Source: Marsupella aquatica (lineage: Eukaryota > Plantae > Marchantiophyta). Taken from it: a DNA stretch of 64,000 nucleotides. This document shows, in pieces, positions 62,058 to 64,000 of this stretch. The notes below the pieces were generated by a model. The model ran no database searches. It worked only from the letters and a program-made list of their open reading frames with translations, and was not told the origin of the DNA. The DNA lies in NCBI GenBank assembly GCA_973895155.1, contig OZ316896.1, forward strand, positions 17,968,754-18,032,753. The letters are read 5' to 3'. The number at the start of each line of letters is the position of its first letter. Position 1 is the first letter of the stretch. The translations under genes were made by a program, and so were the position numbers.

Positions 62058-64000
62058 GATTGTCCGCCCTGCAGTGTCGTTAGCTCCTGAAGGGTAAAAG
62101 CTCCGAATCACTGTAGAGAGTAGCAGCAAACAAGGCGCTGCCAAAGCTTCCAGAGCACTGACCGTGGGGACTGGAGAAGGAGTAACTCCTGGACAGTAAA
62201 AGTTCCAACGACTATAGAGCTGGCTGTAGAGAGTATTATTATTGCAGCAAACATGGCGCTGCCAAAGCTGCCAGAGTACCATACTACCATGGGGATACAG
62301 GAGAGCCTGCCAGAATTGTGACGGCGGCAGGTTCCAATCCATTTGGAATGATTGAGTTCTCGAGCGCACTCGAGCTCTGTTCTGTAGAGTCTCCTCGCTT
62401 TTACAGTCTCTTATTCATTATGAATGGCAAACACATTGCGGCGGGAGGGATCCAGCATTCCAGCAGTTATGACAGTCTACACTCTACAGTGCTTCGACTC
62501 CGGCTTCTACTGTGGTTCACGCAATCAATCCATCAGCGATCAGAAGTTGAGCTGTGTGCACACAACCAGCTACTATGTCACAGGTCCAGTGACTTTGTTG
62601 TGTGCTTCAGGTGGAACATGTACTAGGATCCATATGTGTGTGGGGAGCTCCTTTGGATATCTTTGCCCATTTGCCTTTTTGTTCTTTAACTTGCCAAACA
62701 CATAAATTCAATGGAGGCAAAGAAATTGTGAGGCATATTATGAATTGTTGCAGTCATGTTGTCATCACGGCCATGTGGTTGTGGCGACCATGAGGTTGTT
62801 TTGGCTACCCGGTTGTTGGGATCATGTTATCATTGCAGCCGTGTGTTGTTGGGTGTGCAAGTTGAGTGTGAAAATGAATTGAAAGATTTAATCAATATTC
62901 CCAATCTTACTATAATAGTACAAACTAAAACCTACTCTTAAGGGCCAAGGTGTAAATCCCAATACAAACAAAAGCTATAATGAGTCTCAATAAGGACAAA
63001 ACATGAAATTAAGATGGACAAAAGTGACAATGACTGTAGATAAAGACAGAACTGAAATGAGGTTGGACAAATACCAGGATGGGGCAAAGATGAATGAAAA
63101 TAACATATAAATTTTATTGTGCAATGAATTTTTTTTTGGAATGGGTAATCGGGCTACAGTAGTGAATACACCATGTAGAGGAAGTTTAAATACAAGTGTG
63201 AGGTCATGTGTTTGAAAGTCCAATGCTTGTGCATTGCACGATGTTGTTGAGGTTATGTTATCGTTGGTGTGGCAAACGCATGCATGGCAGATAAGGTGAG
63301 GATTGTTATTATATTCATGTGATTCATGAGGTCATTTGGTGCAACTATACCCGGGGGTGCATTGCATAAATTTGTTGAGGTGAAGCAAAGAATTGCACAT
63401 GAGGCACAAAAATGTCGTCATTCTAACTAGTCATGAATCTGGGTGCAAAAATCTCATGTAGTTTTGATAATTTAACCATAAACCCTCCAGTAGTAAGGAT
63501 GATTCAAGGGGTAGTTCTGATACACCATAACCCCTAACGATAATTCAAGGGAGATGCAGGAATTGACAATGAGGGCCGCAGTGGAGTCATTTCACCCCAG
63601 TAGCGGCATGAGTCACCAGACTTGAGTCACGACTTCATGCCTCAGTTTTGGCCCAGATTCATTTCCTAAAGACACCTTTACGGTGCCACTCTTTCCAATT
63701 ATCTTAAGCTTTGTGTAAGATGATCATACATCCAGGTTGCGTTCAGGAACAGTTCCTTGCAACGTCCCCCTCTCCATCTCGTGGCTTTGTTACCACAAGT
63801 ACCTCGTCTGTTGTTTCTTTGAACTAGTGTTCCTTGCGTGAATTGACAGAGTTGAATAATGAAAGAACGTGATATACACATGAAGCTCGAACAGATTTCC
63901 AAATTTGGTGTAGCAATTGTTTAGCTCATCGGAGGAATTCCTTGAGTGGTGATATTCAAGGTCTTGCTTCCACGTTCCGAAGGTGCAGCTAGTAGATGTT

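Noticed and set aside
61855-62097. Repetitive ORFs (KLWSFVYGHK...)
   Set aside because: Artefact of a 33-bp tandem repeat that is open in several frames.
63480-64000. Possible Ty3/gypsy chromodomain, PPT and PBS remnant (NATW motif; TCTGATACACCA)
   Set aside because: Motifs are too degenerate to support without a database search.

Overview
Eukaryotic, intron-rich land-plant genomic DNA. The gene content and style suggest a non-seed plant such as a bryophyte, but that is inference. Left to right: (1) 1-~8.9 kb is the right part of a decayed Mutator-like (MULE) DNA transposon. It holds a spliced DDE/SWIM transposase with a premature stop, a convergent multi-exon second gene, polar GCCAGAACAGT-type repeats and a solo LTR in its probable end. 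(2) 9-18.8 kb is repeat and relic DNA, including a badly decayed minus-strand coding region. (3) 18.9-42.5 kb is a tandem duplication of a ~10.7-kb unit. Each unit holds a 17-exon receptor-like kinase (signal peptide, malectin-like domain, GDPC motif, LRRs, TM, RD kinase) and a dead gene immediately upstream. (4) 50.0-57.1 kb is a 14-exon DExH8-like RNA helicase with two CCCH zinc fingers, spliced in frame to a C-terminal DUF2431/BMT5-like methyltransferase domain with an intact GEGDFSF motif; this is the most interesting item. (5) The remainder is small tandem or direct repeats and TE debris. No rRNA, tRNA or CRISPR arrays were recognised. Exon boundaries were read by eye from GT/AG sites and frame continuity.
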